Positions 18,419-28,316 of a stretch of DNA of 59,616 bases are shown here, piece by piece (the stretch's first letter is position 1; each line of letters begins with the position of its first letter). The position numbers and the translations under genes are program-made. Location: the NCBI GenBank assembly GCA_964567575.1, contig CAZMMZ010000006.1, positions 7,004 to 66,619 on the forward strand, read 5' to 3'. Under the pieces are notes generated by a model that worked only from the letters and a program-made list of their open reading frames with translations, did no database searches and was not told the DNA's origin. This stretch comes from Candidatus Undinarchaeota archaeon (lineage in GTDB: Archaea; Undinarchaeota; Undinarchaeia; Undinarchaeales; UBA543).

Positions 18419-18930
18419 AAAAAATAAACAAGAGCAGATTATTCAAACGGAGGATAGAAGGTAAAACTGATTACCAAAAAAGGCTACGTTTGTTAAAATC
18501 GCGTAAAGCTCGATTAGTAGTTAGAAAGAGTTTGAAGAATACTCGCGTTCAACTTGTTGATTATTCACCAGACGGAGATGTAATTATAGCAAGTGCAATT
18601 TCTGGAGAATTAAAAAAACTAGGATGGAAATATAGCTGTTCAAACACTCCAGCAACTTATTTAACAGGACTTCTTTGTGGAAGTAAAGCAATAAAAGCTG
18701 ATAAAAAAGAAGCGGTGCTTGATATTGGTATTAACAGACCAATAAACGGTTGCAAACTTTACGCTGCACTTAAAGGTGCAATTGATGCAGGAATGGAAAT
18801 ACCGCACGGAGAAGAAGCATTACCAAAAGAAGAAAGAATATTCGGAGCTCACATTCAAAATCAAAAATCAGAAGAAATAAAGAAAGCTGTTGAAGATTTG
18901 AAAACAAAAATTCTTGGGGGTAAAAAATGA
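18415..18930 (+). CDS. rpl18: 50S ribosomal protein uL18
   Basis: RRIEGKTDYQKR, RLVVRKS and YLTGLLCG motifs. Confidence 0.96.
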   Translation: MKKINKSRLFKRRIEGKTDYQKRLRLLKSRKARLVVRKSLKNTRVQLVDYSPDGDVIIASAISGELKKLGWKYSCSNTPATYLTGLLCGSKAIKADKKEAVLDIGINRPINGCKLYAALKGAIDAGMEIPHGEEALPKEERIFGAHIQNQKSEEIKKAVEDLKTKILGGKK

Positions 18931-19709
18931 AACCAAAGAGAAGACAATTCAAAAAAAGACAAGAAAAAGAACCAAAAATATGGATTCCTTGTACTGAACT
19001 CGGAAAACTTGTAAAATCTGAAAAAATAGACAGCCTAGATACAATTTGGGAACGCGGTAAAACAATAAAAGAACCTGAAATTGTTGATTTCTTTTTATCT
19101 GGACTTGAAGAAAGAATCCTAAAAATCGGAAAAGGAAAACGTCCATTCAGATGGGTTCAAAGAATGACTGATTCAGGTCGAAGAAGCAAATATGTTGTTG
19201 CAGCTGCTACTGGTAATAAAGATGGATATGTTGGTGTAGGTGTTGGCCGAGCAAAAGAATACGGAACAGCAATTAGTAGTGCAATAAGAAAAGCAAAATT
19301 AAATACTATCAAAGTTGAGCGTGGATGTGGATCATGGGATTGCGGTTGTTCTGAAGAACACTCAATTCCAACAGAAGTTTCAGGAAAATGCGGAAGTGTT
19401 CAAATCAAACTTATACCAGCTCCACAAGGAACTGGATTAGCAGTCAGTGATATTTCAAGAGATGTTTTAGAACTTGCAGGTGTTAAAGATCTTTGGTCTG
19501 TTTCAAAAGGGCATACAGCAACACGAACAAACACTGCTCTTGCAACATTTGAAACTTTGAAAGAACTTTCAAAAATCAAACTCCTTAAACCACGAGTAAG
19601 AAAAAAAAGAGTAAAAGAACCAGTTAAAGAAGAAAAACCTGAAGAGAAAAAAGCAGAAGTAAAAAAGGAAGAAACAAAACCTGAAAAGAAAGAGGAAGAA
19701 AAGAAATGA
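18927..19709 (+). CDS. rps5: 30S ribosomal protein uS5 with Lys/Glu-rich tail
   Basis: VQRMTDSGRR, GCGSW.CGC and LIPAPQGTGL motifs. Confidence 0.97.
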   Translation: MKPKRRQFKKRQEKEPKIWIPCTELGKLVKSEKIDSLDTIWERGKTIKEPEIVDFFLSGLEERILKIGKGKRPFRWVQRMTDSGRRSKYVVAAATGNKDGYVGVGVGRAKEYGTAISSAIRKAKLNTIKVERGCGSWDCGCSEEHSIPTEVSGKCGSVQIKLIPAPQGTGLAVSDISRDVLELAGVKDLWSVSKGHTATRTNTALATFETLKELSKIKLLKPRVRKKRVKEPVKEEKPEEKKAEVKKEETKPEKKEEEKK

Positions 19710-20056
19710 AAATTGCAGTAATTAGAATAAGAGGCGAGGTTAGGAAAACCCCAGATACCGTAGCTACATTGAAGTATCTGAAACTCTTTCACAAAAATCA
19801 ATGTTCAATTTTTGAAGATTCCCCACAAACCCAAGGAATGTTAAGAAAAGTCGGTGGTTATGTAACATGGGGACCTGTTAATGACGCATTAATTAAAGAA
19901 CTACAAGAAAAAAGAGGAAAAGATCAAACTCATTTCAAATTAAGCCCACCAAGAAAAGGTTTTGGCCGTGGAGGAATTAGAAAATATATTAAAATGAATG
20001 GAGCTTGCGGAGGCCGGGGTGAAGCTATTGAGGAACTTTTACGGAGGATGATGTAA
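19706..20056 (+). CDS. rpl30: 50S ribosomal protein uL30
   Basis: AVIRIRG, V.GYVTWG and FKLSPPRKGF motifs. Confidence 0.94.
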   Translation: MKIAVIRIRGEVRKTPDTVATLKYLKLFHKNQCSIFEDSPQTQGMLRKVGGYVTWGPVNDALIKELQEKRGKDQTHFKLSPPRKGFGRGGIRKYIKMNGACGGRGEAIEELLRRMM

Positions 20057-20508
20057 TGGCATATTCAAAAATTAGACAGCACAGAGGAAGAAAGAATTGT
20101 GGAGGACACAAAAAGAAAAGACGTGGTGCTGGAAATCGTGGTGGACGTGGAAATGCTGGTTTAAGTAAGCACAAATTTACATGGGTTACAAAAAATAATC
20201 CAAAATATTTCTGCAAACCAAGTATGAAACCAAGCATGAACAAAACACCAACTATGAACTTAACTCAAATTGATAATATCGTATTAAAGGAAGGCAGAAA
20301 GGACTTTGATTTCAGTGATTACAAAATTTTAGGGAAGGGAAATATTTCCCAAGCAATAAAAATCAAAGCTCAAAGCTTTTCTCAGAAAGCTCTTGAAAAG
20401 ATTCAGAAAGCCGAGGGAACTGCGGAAGCTTTATATGCTGAAACAACTGAAACAAAACAAGAGACGAAAACCGAGTCTGAACCTTCAGACAAGGTCGAAA
20501 CTAAATAA
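20056..20508 (+). CDS. rpl15: 50S ribosomal protein uL15
   Basis: RGAGNRGGRGNAG, KILGKG and FSQKALEKI motifs. Confidence 0.96.
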   Translation: MAYSKIRQHRGRKNCGGHKKKRRGAGNRGGRGNAGLSKHKFTWVTKNNPKYFCKPSMKPSMNKTPTMNLTQIDNIVLKEGRKDFDFSDYKILGKGNISQAIKIKAQSFSQKALEKIQKAEGTAEALYAETTETKQETKTESEPSDKVETK

Positions 20509-20527
20509 ACCGATAAGGTGTTACTAA

Positions 20528-21937
20528 ATGTCATTTAAGACTCTACTTCAATCACTTCCAAGTGTCGTTCAACCAAAAGGACAACTTGGTTTTAAAGATA
20601 AGATTAAGTGGACTACAATAGTTCTTGTTACATTTTATATTCTCGGAGAAATTACACTGTTTGGACTTGAAGCAGGAGCAACAGGAGATATTTTTGGTGA
20701 ATTGCGTGTCATTATGGCAAGTAAATTCGGTACCATAATCACACTTGGTATTGGACCGATTGTTATGGCATCGATTATTCTTCAGCTTTTATCTGGAGCT
20801 GGTGTATTCAAATTTGATATGACGACAAAGGATGGAAAAGCAACATATCAAGGTGCTCAGAAACTTCTTGCAGTTGTGTTTACACTTTTTGAAGGAGGAA
20901 TTTTAGTATTTGCAGGACAAATCGTACCGTCTACTGCGCTTGTTGCATCTTATGGTGGGTTAATAGCGAATAGCATATTACTATTACAAATAATGATAGG
21001 AGGGTTGATTATATTATATCTAGACGAGATAATATCGAAATGGGGCTTTGGTTCAGGAATTGGACTTTTCATTGCAGCTGGAGTATCATATGAAATTATT
21101 CTCAGAGCAGTTGATCCAATGAGACTTGGTGCAGGACAGCCAATAAACGGTGCAATCCCCGCTTTCGTATCTTCATTTGCAAGCGGATCAATACAATTTA
21201 TCCGGCAGTATCCAAATGACATGCTAGCGTTATTTGCGACAATATTGGTGTTTGTGGTTACGATGTATGCTCAAAGTATTAAAGTTGAAGTGCCGATTTC
21301 GTACGGACGTATACGAGGACTTTCACGACGCTATCCATTACCATTTGTTTACGCTTCTAACATGCCAGTTATTTTCCTTGCAGCTTTAATTGCAAACTTC
21401 AGATTCTGGGTTGCAATCTTACAAAAAGCTGGTGTAAGAATATTTGGTTATTTTGACCCGAGTGGAGCTGCACACGGAGCAATATCTTACATCTTACCAT
21501 ATAATCGATTTGTAAAAGACATCTTTTTCCACACAGTTGGTTACAGCGAAGTGTTACATGCTGTCTGTTACATGTCTGTAATGATAATTGGTTCTATTCT
21601 TTTCTCAAAACTGTGGGTTAGTGTATCTGGAATGACATCAGCTGACTTATCTGAAAAATTATCAAACGCAGGAATGCAAATACCTGGATTTAGAAGTGAT
21701 AAACGAGTTATTGAAAAAGTTCTACAGCGATATGTCCCATATCTAACGGTTCTAGGTGGTGCATTTGTTGGTTTACTTGCAGCAGCAGCAGAGATGACTG
21801 GAGCGCTGGGTGGTGGTACTGGAGTACTGCTTACCGTAGGTATTATTTACCAACTCTATCAACAAATTGCTTCTGAACAACTTGCAGAAATGCATCCAGC
21901 AATTCGAAGCTTTATGGGCGAAGGAGGAATATTATAA
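20528..21937 (+). CDS. secY: Protein translocase subunit SecY
   Basis: LGIGPIV.ASII, KWGFGSGIGLFI, YASNMPVI and GTGVLL motifs; about 10 TM helices. Confidence 0.98.
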   Translation: MSFKTLLQSLPSVVQPKGQLGFKDKIKWTTIVLVTFYILGEITLFGLEAGATGDIFGELRVIMASKFGTIITLGIGPIVMASIILQLLSGAGVFKFDMTTKDGKATYQGAQKLLAVVFTLFEGGILVFAGQIVPSTALVASYGGLIANSILLLQIMIGGLIILYLDEIISKWGFGSGIGLFIAAGVSYEIILRAVDPMRLGAGQPINGAIPAFVSSFASGSIQFIRQYPNDMLALFATILVFVVTMYAQSIKVEVPISYGRIRGLSRRYPLPFVYASNMPVIFLAALIANFRFWVAILQKAGVRIFGYFDPSGAAHGAISYILPYNRFVKDIFFHTVGYSEVLHAVCYMSVMIIGSILFSKLWVSVSGMTSADLSEKLSNAGMQIPGFRSDKRVIEKVLQRYVPYLTVLGGAFVGLLAAAAEMTGALGGGTGVLLTVGIIYQLYQQIASEQLAEMHPAIRSFMGEGGIL

Positions 21938-22395
21938 TGATAAATTTACTAAATTATCCAATAGTGTTTATTGGAACAGTTTCAGTTGTTCTTTCACTGA
22001 TTTTAACACTTGTAAATAAAGTGATTGTAGATCAAGGGAGAATGAAAGAAATCCAGAAAAAAGTTTCAGTGTATAACAAGGAACTTATGAAAGCAACAAA
22101 ATCAAAAGATCAAGCAAAAGTTGCCGAAATGAACAAAGAAAAACCACAAATTATGCAAATGCAACAAGAAATGATGAAAATGCAAATGCCGATGTTCATG
22201 TCAATGGTTCCATTCATTCTGGTTTTCATGTTCCTTAAAAGACTGGCAGTATCAATGGATTGGGGCGTTATAATTCAACTCCCATTTAATTTGCCAGTAC
22301 TAGGGATAAATAATTCTTTCACATGGCTTGGATGGTACATCCTTTGTTCACTTCCATTCACAGCATTGTTCAGAAAGATTCTTGGCGTAAAATGA
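21937..22395 (+). CDS. DUF106 / EMC3-TMCO1-like (Oxa1 superfamily) membrane protein
   Basis: TM, coiled coil, Met-rich segment, TM; GWYILCS; conserved position after secY. Confidence 0.88.
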   Translation: MINLLNYPIVFIGTVSVVLSLILTLVNKVIVDQGRMKEIQKKVSVYNKELMKATKSKDQAKVAEMNKEKPQIMQMQQEMMKMQMPMFMSMVPFILVFMFLKRLAVSMDWGVIIQLPFNLPVLGINNSFTWLGWYILCSLPFTALFRKILGVK

Positions 22396-22964
22396 ATGAA
22401 GAATTTGTAGTAACAATTGGTGGACCGCACGGTTCTGGTAGAAGCACTATTGCAAAAGCAGTGGCGGAGCATTACGGTCTTGACAGATTTTCTACAGGAA
22501 ATGTTTTTAGACAATTTGCAAAAGAACGTGGAATTTCTGTAATGGAACTTAACAAAACTGCAGAAAAAGAAATTGACATTGAAGTAGATAAACAAAGTAA
22601 AGAAGCTGGCTTGAAAGGCAACGTTGTTTTTGAATCGGATTTGGCTGCATGGGTTAATTCAGAAGTTCCTGATAAAACTGTTATTAAAATTTGGCTTGAT
22701 GCAAGCCCAGAAAAAGCAGGAGAGCGCATATTCAATGACGAGAAAACCCGAACAAGTGAGAAATACAATACTCTTGAAGAAGCAATAGAAGCTGTAAGAA
22801 CACGATTTGCAGCAGATCAAGCTAGATACAAAAAGTATTATGATATTGATGTACTTACACTTCCTTATGATAAACGAATTAACACAGATCTTTTAGATGT
22901 TGAAGGTGTTAAGAAAGAAATTTTTGAATTTTTGGATGAGAAGGGTTTGAAACATATAGAATAA
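22392..22964 (+). CDS. cmk: Cytidylate kinase, archaeal type
   Basis: VTIGGPHGSGRST P-loop, STGNVFRQ.A and RF..D..RYKKYY.ID motifs. Confidence 0.92.
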   Translation: MNEEFVVTIGGPHGSGRSTIAKAVAEHYGLDRFSTGNVFRQFAKERGISVMELNKTAEKEIDIEVDKQSKEAGLKGNVVFESDLAAWVNSEVPDKTVIKIWLDASPEKAGERIFNDEKTRTSEKYNTLEEAIEAVRTRFAADQARYKKYYDIDVLTLPYDKRINTDLLDVEGVKKEIFEFLDEKGLKHIE

Positions 22965-22996
22965 ACTATTTAACCACTTAATTCGCTTTTTATGCT

Positions 22997-23986
22997 ATGG
23001 GAAAACTTCCTTTTGATAAAACACGTGAGACTATAACTCGGTTTGAAGAAAAAACTAACTCTAAACATGGTTGTATGCCTCACAAAAGGAAAATTGAATA
23101 CTTATTGAATGAAGGAATTGTTAATATTAACAAACCACCAGGACCAACATCAACACAAGTCTCAGACTGGGTTAAAACACTTTTAAAAGCGAATGCAGCC
23201 GGCCACACAGGAACATTAGATCCAAATGTAACTGGTTGTTTACCTGTTGCAATAAATGATGCAACAAAAGTTACTTCTGCGCTTTTACCAGCTGGAAAAG
23301 AATACATGACATTAATGCATTTGCACAATGAAGTTGATGAAAAAGAAATTAAAGAAGTTTTAAAGGAATTCGCAGGAAAAATTTACCAACGTCCGCCAAC
23401 AAAATCTGCAGTTCGAAAAGATCTTCGAATACGGACAATTTATTATAATGATATACTTGAAATTAATGGGAAAGATGTTTTGTTTAGTTGCGGTTGCCAA
23501 GGTGGCACTTACATAAGAAAACTTTGCCACGATGTTGGTTTAGCATTAGGTTGTGGCGCGCATATGCAACAATTACGAAGAACAAAAACAGGACCATTAA
23601 CAGAAAAAATTAGTGTAACTCTGCAAGAACTTTCTGATGCTTATTATTTCTGGACAGAAAAAAAAGATGAGAAACGTTTAAGAAAAGTCCTATTACCAAT
23701 GGAAAGCGCTTTAACGCACTTGCCAAAGATTTTCATTTCAGATACTTGTGTAGAAGCACTTTGTCACGGTGCGCAATTAATGCTTCCAGGAATTTCAAAA
23801 CTTGACAGTGGAATTTCAGTAGGAGAACTTGTTGCAGTTTATACCCTCAAAGGAGAAGGTGTACTTCTTGCAACAGCAATGATGACTTCAGAAGATATGA
23901 AAAAGAAAAAGAAAGGTCAATCTGTTAAAACAGAACGTGTTTTAATGAAAACAGGAGTTTATCCAAAATATGAACGAAAAAACTGA
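22997..23986 (+). CDS. cbf5: H/ACA-guided pseudouridine synthase Cbf5/TruB
   Basis: NKPPGPTS, GHTGTLDP (catalytic Asp), GGTYIRKLC; C-terminal PUA domain. Confidence 0.97.
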   Translation: MGKLPFDKTRETITRFEEKTNSKHGCMPHKRKIEYLLNEGIVNINKPPGPTSTQVSDWVKTLLKANAAGHTGTLDPNVTGCLPVAINDATKVTSALLPAGKEYMTLMHLHNEVDEKEIKEVLKEFAGKIYQRPPTKSAVRKDLRIRTIYYNDILEINGKDVLFSCGCQGGTYIRKLCHDVGLALGCGAHMQQLRRTKTGPLTEKISVTLQELSDAYYFWTEKKDEKRLRKVLLPMESALTHLPKIFISDTCVEALCHGAQLMLPGISKLDSGISVGELVAVYTLKGEGVLLATAMMTSEDMKKKKKGQSVKTERVLMKTGVYPKYERKN

Positions 23987-24608
23987 ACACTATTTTAATG
24001 AAGAAACCGATATCCCGCTACGCCTTGGATTCTTAAGCGGTTTAATTAAAGGAACGCTATTTGAATTTTATACGTCTCAACCAGTTTTTGCTTGGAGAAA
24101 ATTTGATACAGGTAGCATAAACCTAGCAGAAAATATGCAAATAAAAGCAACAGACAAAACTTTACTTGATTTGGGCTGTGGGTATGGAATGATTGGGATA
24201 GTTGCTGCATATTTTAATCCTAATTTAAATATTACATTAAGTGATATCAGTAATCGTGCAATTTTACTTGCATTAAAAAATGTAAAAAGACATCATATTG
24301 GAAAACGATCAAAAATTTTGCAAGGAAATTTGTATGAACCATTAAAACCAAAACCTCCACAAAATCAAAAGAAAACATTTGATGTTATTGTTTCAAATCC
24401 ACCATACTCTGCAGGAAAAAAAGTTGTTAATGAAATTATTGAAAAAGCACTAGAACATCTAAATACTGGTGGAAACTTACAAATTGTTGGACGCAAATCA
24501 AAAGGTGGAGAAATGTATAAACAAAAAATGATTGAAGTTTTCGGAAACTGTGAAGAGTTTGGGATAAATAGTGGATTTAGAATTTACAAGAGTGTGAAAA
24601 ATGACTGA
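23970..24608 (+). CDS. Class I SAM methyltransferase, RsmC/MTS-like
   Basis: LLDLGCGYG.IG motif I, NPPY motif IV and VF...KFDTGS motif. Confidence 0.88.
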   Translation: MNEKTEHYFNEETDIPLRLGFLSGLIKGTLFEFYTSQPVFAWRKFDTGSINLAENMQIKATDKTLLDLGCGYGMIGIVAAYFNPNLNITLSDISNRAILLALKNVKRHHIGKRSKILQGNLYEPLKPKPPQNQKKTFDVIVSNPPYSAGKKVVNEIIEKALEHLNTGGNLQIVGRKSKGGEMYKQKMIEVFGNCEEFGINSGFRIYKSVKND

Positions 24609-25503
24609 CAATTACATACCAGCAACTGGAGAAAAACTAAAGTTTCAATGCACACAATGCGGAGACTGTTGCAGAAATCATATTATTACAGTAACAATTC
24701 ACAAAGCAGTTGAAATTGCAGAAAAAACAAAACGCAGTTTGAATAATATTATATTTAATTTTAAAGAAGACATTGGAGCAGATGATCATTGCTATATGAG
24801 CATGCGAAGAAAAATAACAGATACTGGAATTGAATGTTTGTTTTTGAAAAATAATTTATGCACTTTACACACATTAGAACCGGGATTAAAACCTGAAAAC
24901 TGCAAGCATGTACCATATAATCTAATTACAGAAGAAGATACTGGGAAATGGAGTGATGAAAAAAAAGATGAATGTAGATACAAAGCAAAAGTTTATGATT
25001 TAGACAAAACAGTTTTTCTTTCAGTTTTGGAATCCTGCCCAGGTATTGGAAAAGGTAAAGAAATCAATAAAGAAACACTTCAAACAGAAATGGCAAAGGA
25101 TGAAGAAAACCTACTCAAAACATCAGTTGCTATAAAAGAGCGACTTATCCCAGTTACAACAAAAGATCAGGAAATGGTGCAATGGGGAAAAGCAATCCTC
25201 ACAGGTAAAGGAAAATTTGTTGAAGGTGATTTTTCATTTATTATTAACCCAGTTGAATATGCTGATAAAATTGATTCGAAAAAAATTGCAGATTGTATAA
25301 AAAAAGGAATTGACAAAAAACTTGTTAAAGAAGATTCTGTTTTTAGATTTTCTATTTTAGATGGTGAAGAAAAAGGAATGTTACTTGGATTATATGGAAA
25401 GAATTCTGAAAAGAAAATAAAAGAAAAAGTATCAGAAAAAGGACAGATGCATCAACACGGTTTTTATGATATTACTAATTCTGAGTGTTCTTGTTTAGTG
25501 TAA
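24601..25503 (+). CDS. YkgJ/UPF0153-family CxxCxxCC Cys-cluster protein with an extra C-terminal domain
   Basis: FQCTQCGDCC, CLFL..NLC.LH....KPENC..PY and CPGIGKG motifs. Confidence 0.82.
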   Translation: MTDNYIPATGEKLKFQCTQCGDCCRNHIITVTIHKAVEIAEKTKRSLNNIIFNFKEDIGADDHCYMSMRRKITDTGIECLFLKNNLCTLHTLEPGLKPENCKHVPYNLITEEDTGKWSDEKKDECRYKAKVYDLDKTVFLSVLESCPGIGKGKEINKETLQTEMAKDEENLLKTSVAIKERLIPVTTKDQEMVQWGKAILTGKGKFVEGDFSFIINPVEYADKIDSKKIADCIKKGIDKKLVKEDSVFRFSILDGEEKGMLLGLYGKNSEKKIKEKVSEKGQMHQHGFYDITNSECSCLV

Positions 25504-25507
25504 AGAG

Positions 25508-25591
25508 CGCCGAGGGCCGGATTTGAACCAGCATATCCTTGCGGAAACTACCTTTCCAGGGTAGCGCATTACCAGATTGTGCCACCTCGGC
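25508..25591 (-). tRNA. tRNA-Ser(GGA)
   Basis: GCCGAGG/CCTCGGC acceptor stem, CTACC-CTGGAAA-GGTAG anticodon arm, long variable arm, GGTTCAAATCC. Confidence 0.96.
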
Positions 25592-25629
25592 ATAGCTAAA
25601 ATAAGTAGCGAAGACCTTTAAAAAGATAT

Positions 25630-25779
25630 CTAATGTCCGCCAGCAGCACTAGCTGCTTCAGGAGCTGAAATTACACCAAAAACACCAAGTAAAACCAAAG
25701 CAATAACCACAACAACTGCAATTATTATTAGGTATTCAACCCAGGAGTCAGCTTTTCTATTAAGAAACGGTATATCCAT
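25630..25779 (-). CDS. Small class III signal-peptide (pilin-like) protein
   Basis: MDIPFLNRKA|DSWVEYLIIIAVVVVIALV: basic leader, Glu at +5, hydrophobic helix. Confidence 0.65.
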   Translation of the reverse strand: MDIPFLNRKADSWVEYLIIIAVVVVIALVLLGVFGVISAPEAASAAGGH

Positions 25780-25859
25780 ACTTTCGAAATAGGGAAAATA
25801 GCTTATAAACATTACCCATCGCCCAATAATTTAAATACTTCCAGCGCATATCGCCGACT

Positions 25860-27293
25860 ATGAGGAGAAAGTGGCTACCAATCATCAGTATTATTTTTAT
25901 TCTTGTACTTGCAGTCCAAGTAACTGCAGAGGATACAGAAGCACCAACTATTGAACTTATTTCACCAGAAACAGATACTACAGATTTTTATGGAGATGTA
26001 ATTTTCAAATATAAACCAAATGACAATGAAGAAGTTTACAGATGCAATCTTTATTTGAATGAAGATAAAGTGCGAACATCTTCAGAAGTTCCAAAAGATA
26101 GTGAAAACACATTCACTCACAATATAATGGTAGGCACTTACAAATGGTCAATAGAATGTTTAGATGGTGCAAATAATATTAGAAGAACTGATAACCGGAC
26201 TTTAACTTTAGTAGAAGATACAGAATCCCCAAATATTACAATACAAAATTTTATAGAAACTGTAAAATCAACAAATGTCGAATTCAATTATACAGTTGTT
26301 GATAATGCTTCTGGAATAGATAACTGCGAATTAATAGTTGATGATGAAATAAAAACTACAAGTACATCAATTAATGAAAATGTTACTCAACACTTTTCTT
26401 ATTCAATTGACGAAGGAGAATGGATGTGGAAAATAAAATGCACAGACAATGCAGGAAACTACAAAGTGTCAGATACTGCTCAAATAACAGTCATGCGCCC
26501 TCCTTCAATTGAAATAATATCACCAACAAATAATTTTGAAACAGATGCAGATACAATTATTTTCAACTACAAACCAAGCTCTACAAGAGATATCTCAAAA
26601 TGCAGTTTGTATATTGCTGGACAAAAAAATCAAACAACTTTTGGAATAGCTGAAAATGAAGAAAATAATTTTGAATTAACAAGACTCCCATCAATGAATG
26701 TGCTCTGGCAAATAGAATGCACAGATGAAGAAGAACTTGCAGAAAATTCAACAGAATATGAATTAAAAGTAACGTCAACAGAAATTCTTGAAAGCGGGCC
26801 ACCAAAAATCATGCTAGTGCACCCGGTTGATACAAGCATTGTAGATGGTGCAATATTCTCTTACAAAACAACAACTGAATTTTTAGATGTTACAATCTGT
26901 GAACTCTTTATAGATGATATATGGAATGAAACAGATGCAGACGTTGAAAGAGATGTACAGCAAGATTATGGATTCATTACAATTGAGGACGGAAGACACT
27001 CTTGGTATGTGAAATGTATGGATACACGCGGTCAAGAAACTTATTCTGATAATGCAACATTCATTATTGTTGACAAGCTTCCAGACCCAGTAAAAGAGAT
27101 ATCTCCAGATCTGGAACCAGAAGAAACAGAAGAAAAAATTACAAAAACTATTGCAGACACACTTGGAAAAACAAAAACTCAAAAAGCAATTAGGATATTG
27201 TTTTTCTTGCTTCTTCCGTTAATATTAGTTATAACAATTTTAAGAAAAGAACTTGCAAAAACTCAGTATAGCTCTTATTCTAGAAGATACTAG
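25860..27293 (+). CDS. Cell-surface protein with four Ig-like Cys-paired repeats and a C-terminal TM anchor
   Basis: Signal peptide; four units of about 95 aa with C.L.(I/L) ... W.(I/V).C.D; TM helix near the C-terminus. Confidence 0.8.
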   Translation: MRRKWLPIISIIFILVLAVQVTAEDTEAPTIELISPETDTTDFYGDVIFKYKPNDNEEVYRCNLYLNEDKVRTSSEVPKDSENTFTHNIMVGTYKWSIECLDGANNIRRTDNRTLTLVEDTESPNITIQNFIETVKSTNVEFNYTVVDNASGIDNCELIVDDEIKTTSTSINENVTQHFSYSIDEGEWMWKIKCTDNAGNYKVSDTAQITVMRPPSIEIISPTNNFETDADTIIFNYKPSSTRDISKCSLYIAGQKNQTTFGIAENEENNFELTRLPSMNVLWQIECTDEEELAENSTEYELKVTSTEILESGPPKIMLVHPVDTSIVDGAIFSYKTTTEFLDVTICELFIDDIWNETDADVERDVQQDYGFITIEDGRHSWYVKCMDTRGQETYSDNATFIIVDKLPDPVKEISPDLEPEETEEKITKTIADTLGKTKTQKAIRILFFLLLPLILVITILRKELAKTQYSSYSRRY

Positions 27294-28053
27294 GAAATAA
27301 TAAAATAAAAATACCGAGTGCCCAGCAATAATAAGCAAAGTAATGTAATTTATTATTTCTAACAATTTTTAATAATAGTTTAAGAAAAATAAAACCAATA
27401 CCAAGCGCCGTAATAAATCCAATAATGAATGGCGTATTAAACATTTGAATTGTGAAATTATTAAAATTCAAAACAATTGCTCCAATAAATGCAGGGATAG
27501 CCATTAAAAAAGAAAATCTTACAGCTTCTTCTTTTGAGATTCCCTGAATCATTGCACCACTTATTGTTGCACCACTTCTAGAAATCCCAGGGAAAATAGC
27601 AAGAGCTTGGAATACACCAGTAAGTAAAGCAGAACGAGCTTCTAATGGTTTTGAAATTCTACTCCAATTAGAAAAGAATAACAAAACACCAGTGAATAAT
27701 AATGAAAATGAAACAACAAAAATACTAGAAAACGCTGCTTGAATATATGATCTTAAAAAATAACCAAGAAGTACAATAGGAATATTTCCAATTAAAATAA
27801 AAATTCCGAGTTTGAATTCTTTGCTTTTGTAATCTCTTTTTAGAAAAGCTCGAATAATATCTAAAATATCTTTTCGGAACACACCAAAAATGACAACAAG
27901 CGTTGCAATATGAATAACCAAATCAAACAACATAGGAGATTCTAAATTGAATAATGTTTGTACAATAACTAAATGACCTGAACTGGAAATAGGAAGCCAC
28001 TCAGTAATACCTTGAACAATCCCTAAGATAATTGCTTGAAGAACATTTATCAT
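27280..28053 (-). CDS. uppP: Undecaprenyl/polyprenyl-diphosphate phosphatase (BacA/UppP)
   Basis: GIVQGITEWLPISSSGHL and Q.LA..PGISRSGATI motifs. Confidence 0.95.
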   Translation of the reverse strand: MINVLQAIILGIVQGITEWLPISSSGHLVIVQTLFNLESPMLFDLVIHIATLVVIFGVFRKDILDIIRAFLKRDYKSKEFKLGIFILIGNIPIVLLGYFLRSYIQAAFSSIFVVSFSLLFTGVLLFFSNWSRISKPLEARSALLTGVFQALAIFPGISRSGATISGAMIQGISKEEAVRFSFLMAIPAFIGAIVLNFNNFTIQMFNTPFIIGFITALGIGFIFLKLLLKIVRNNKLHYFAYYCWALGIFILLFPSIF

Positions 28054-28103
28054 TGAAGCCAGTTTAATAACCTTTAAATAAATAGTTTTTGTATCGCTTT
28101 ACT

Positions 28104-28316
28104 ATGAAAGCAAAGAAACCAGAATGGGAACAATTGATCCCTTCATTAATAATCGGGCTTTTGGGCGGAATAACATTATTTGTTGTTAATCTTTTCCTAA
28201 ACAAATTTGTCTTTCATGTGAAAAGCGACATCATAAGAACACTAATAACTGCTTTGGTTTTTGCAGGAATATTTATGATTGTTTCATATCAATGGGACAA
28301 AAAAACAAAAGGTTAA
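28104..28316 (+). CDS. Small two-TM membrane protein, hypothetical
   Basis: 70 aa with two hydrophobic helices. Confidence 0.55.
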   Translation: MKAKKPEWEQLIPSLIIGLLGGITLFVVNLFLNKFVFHVKSDIIRTLITALVFAGIFMIVSYQWDKKTKG

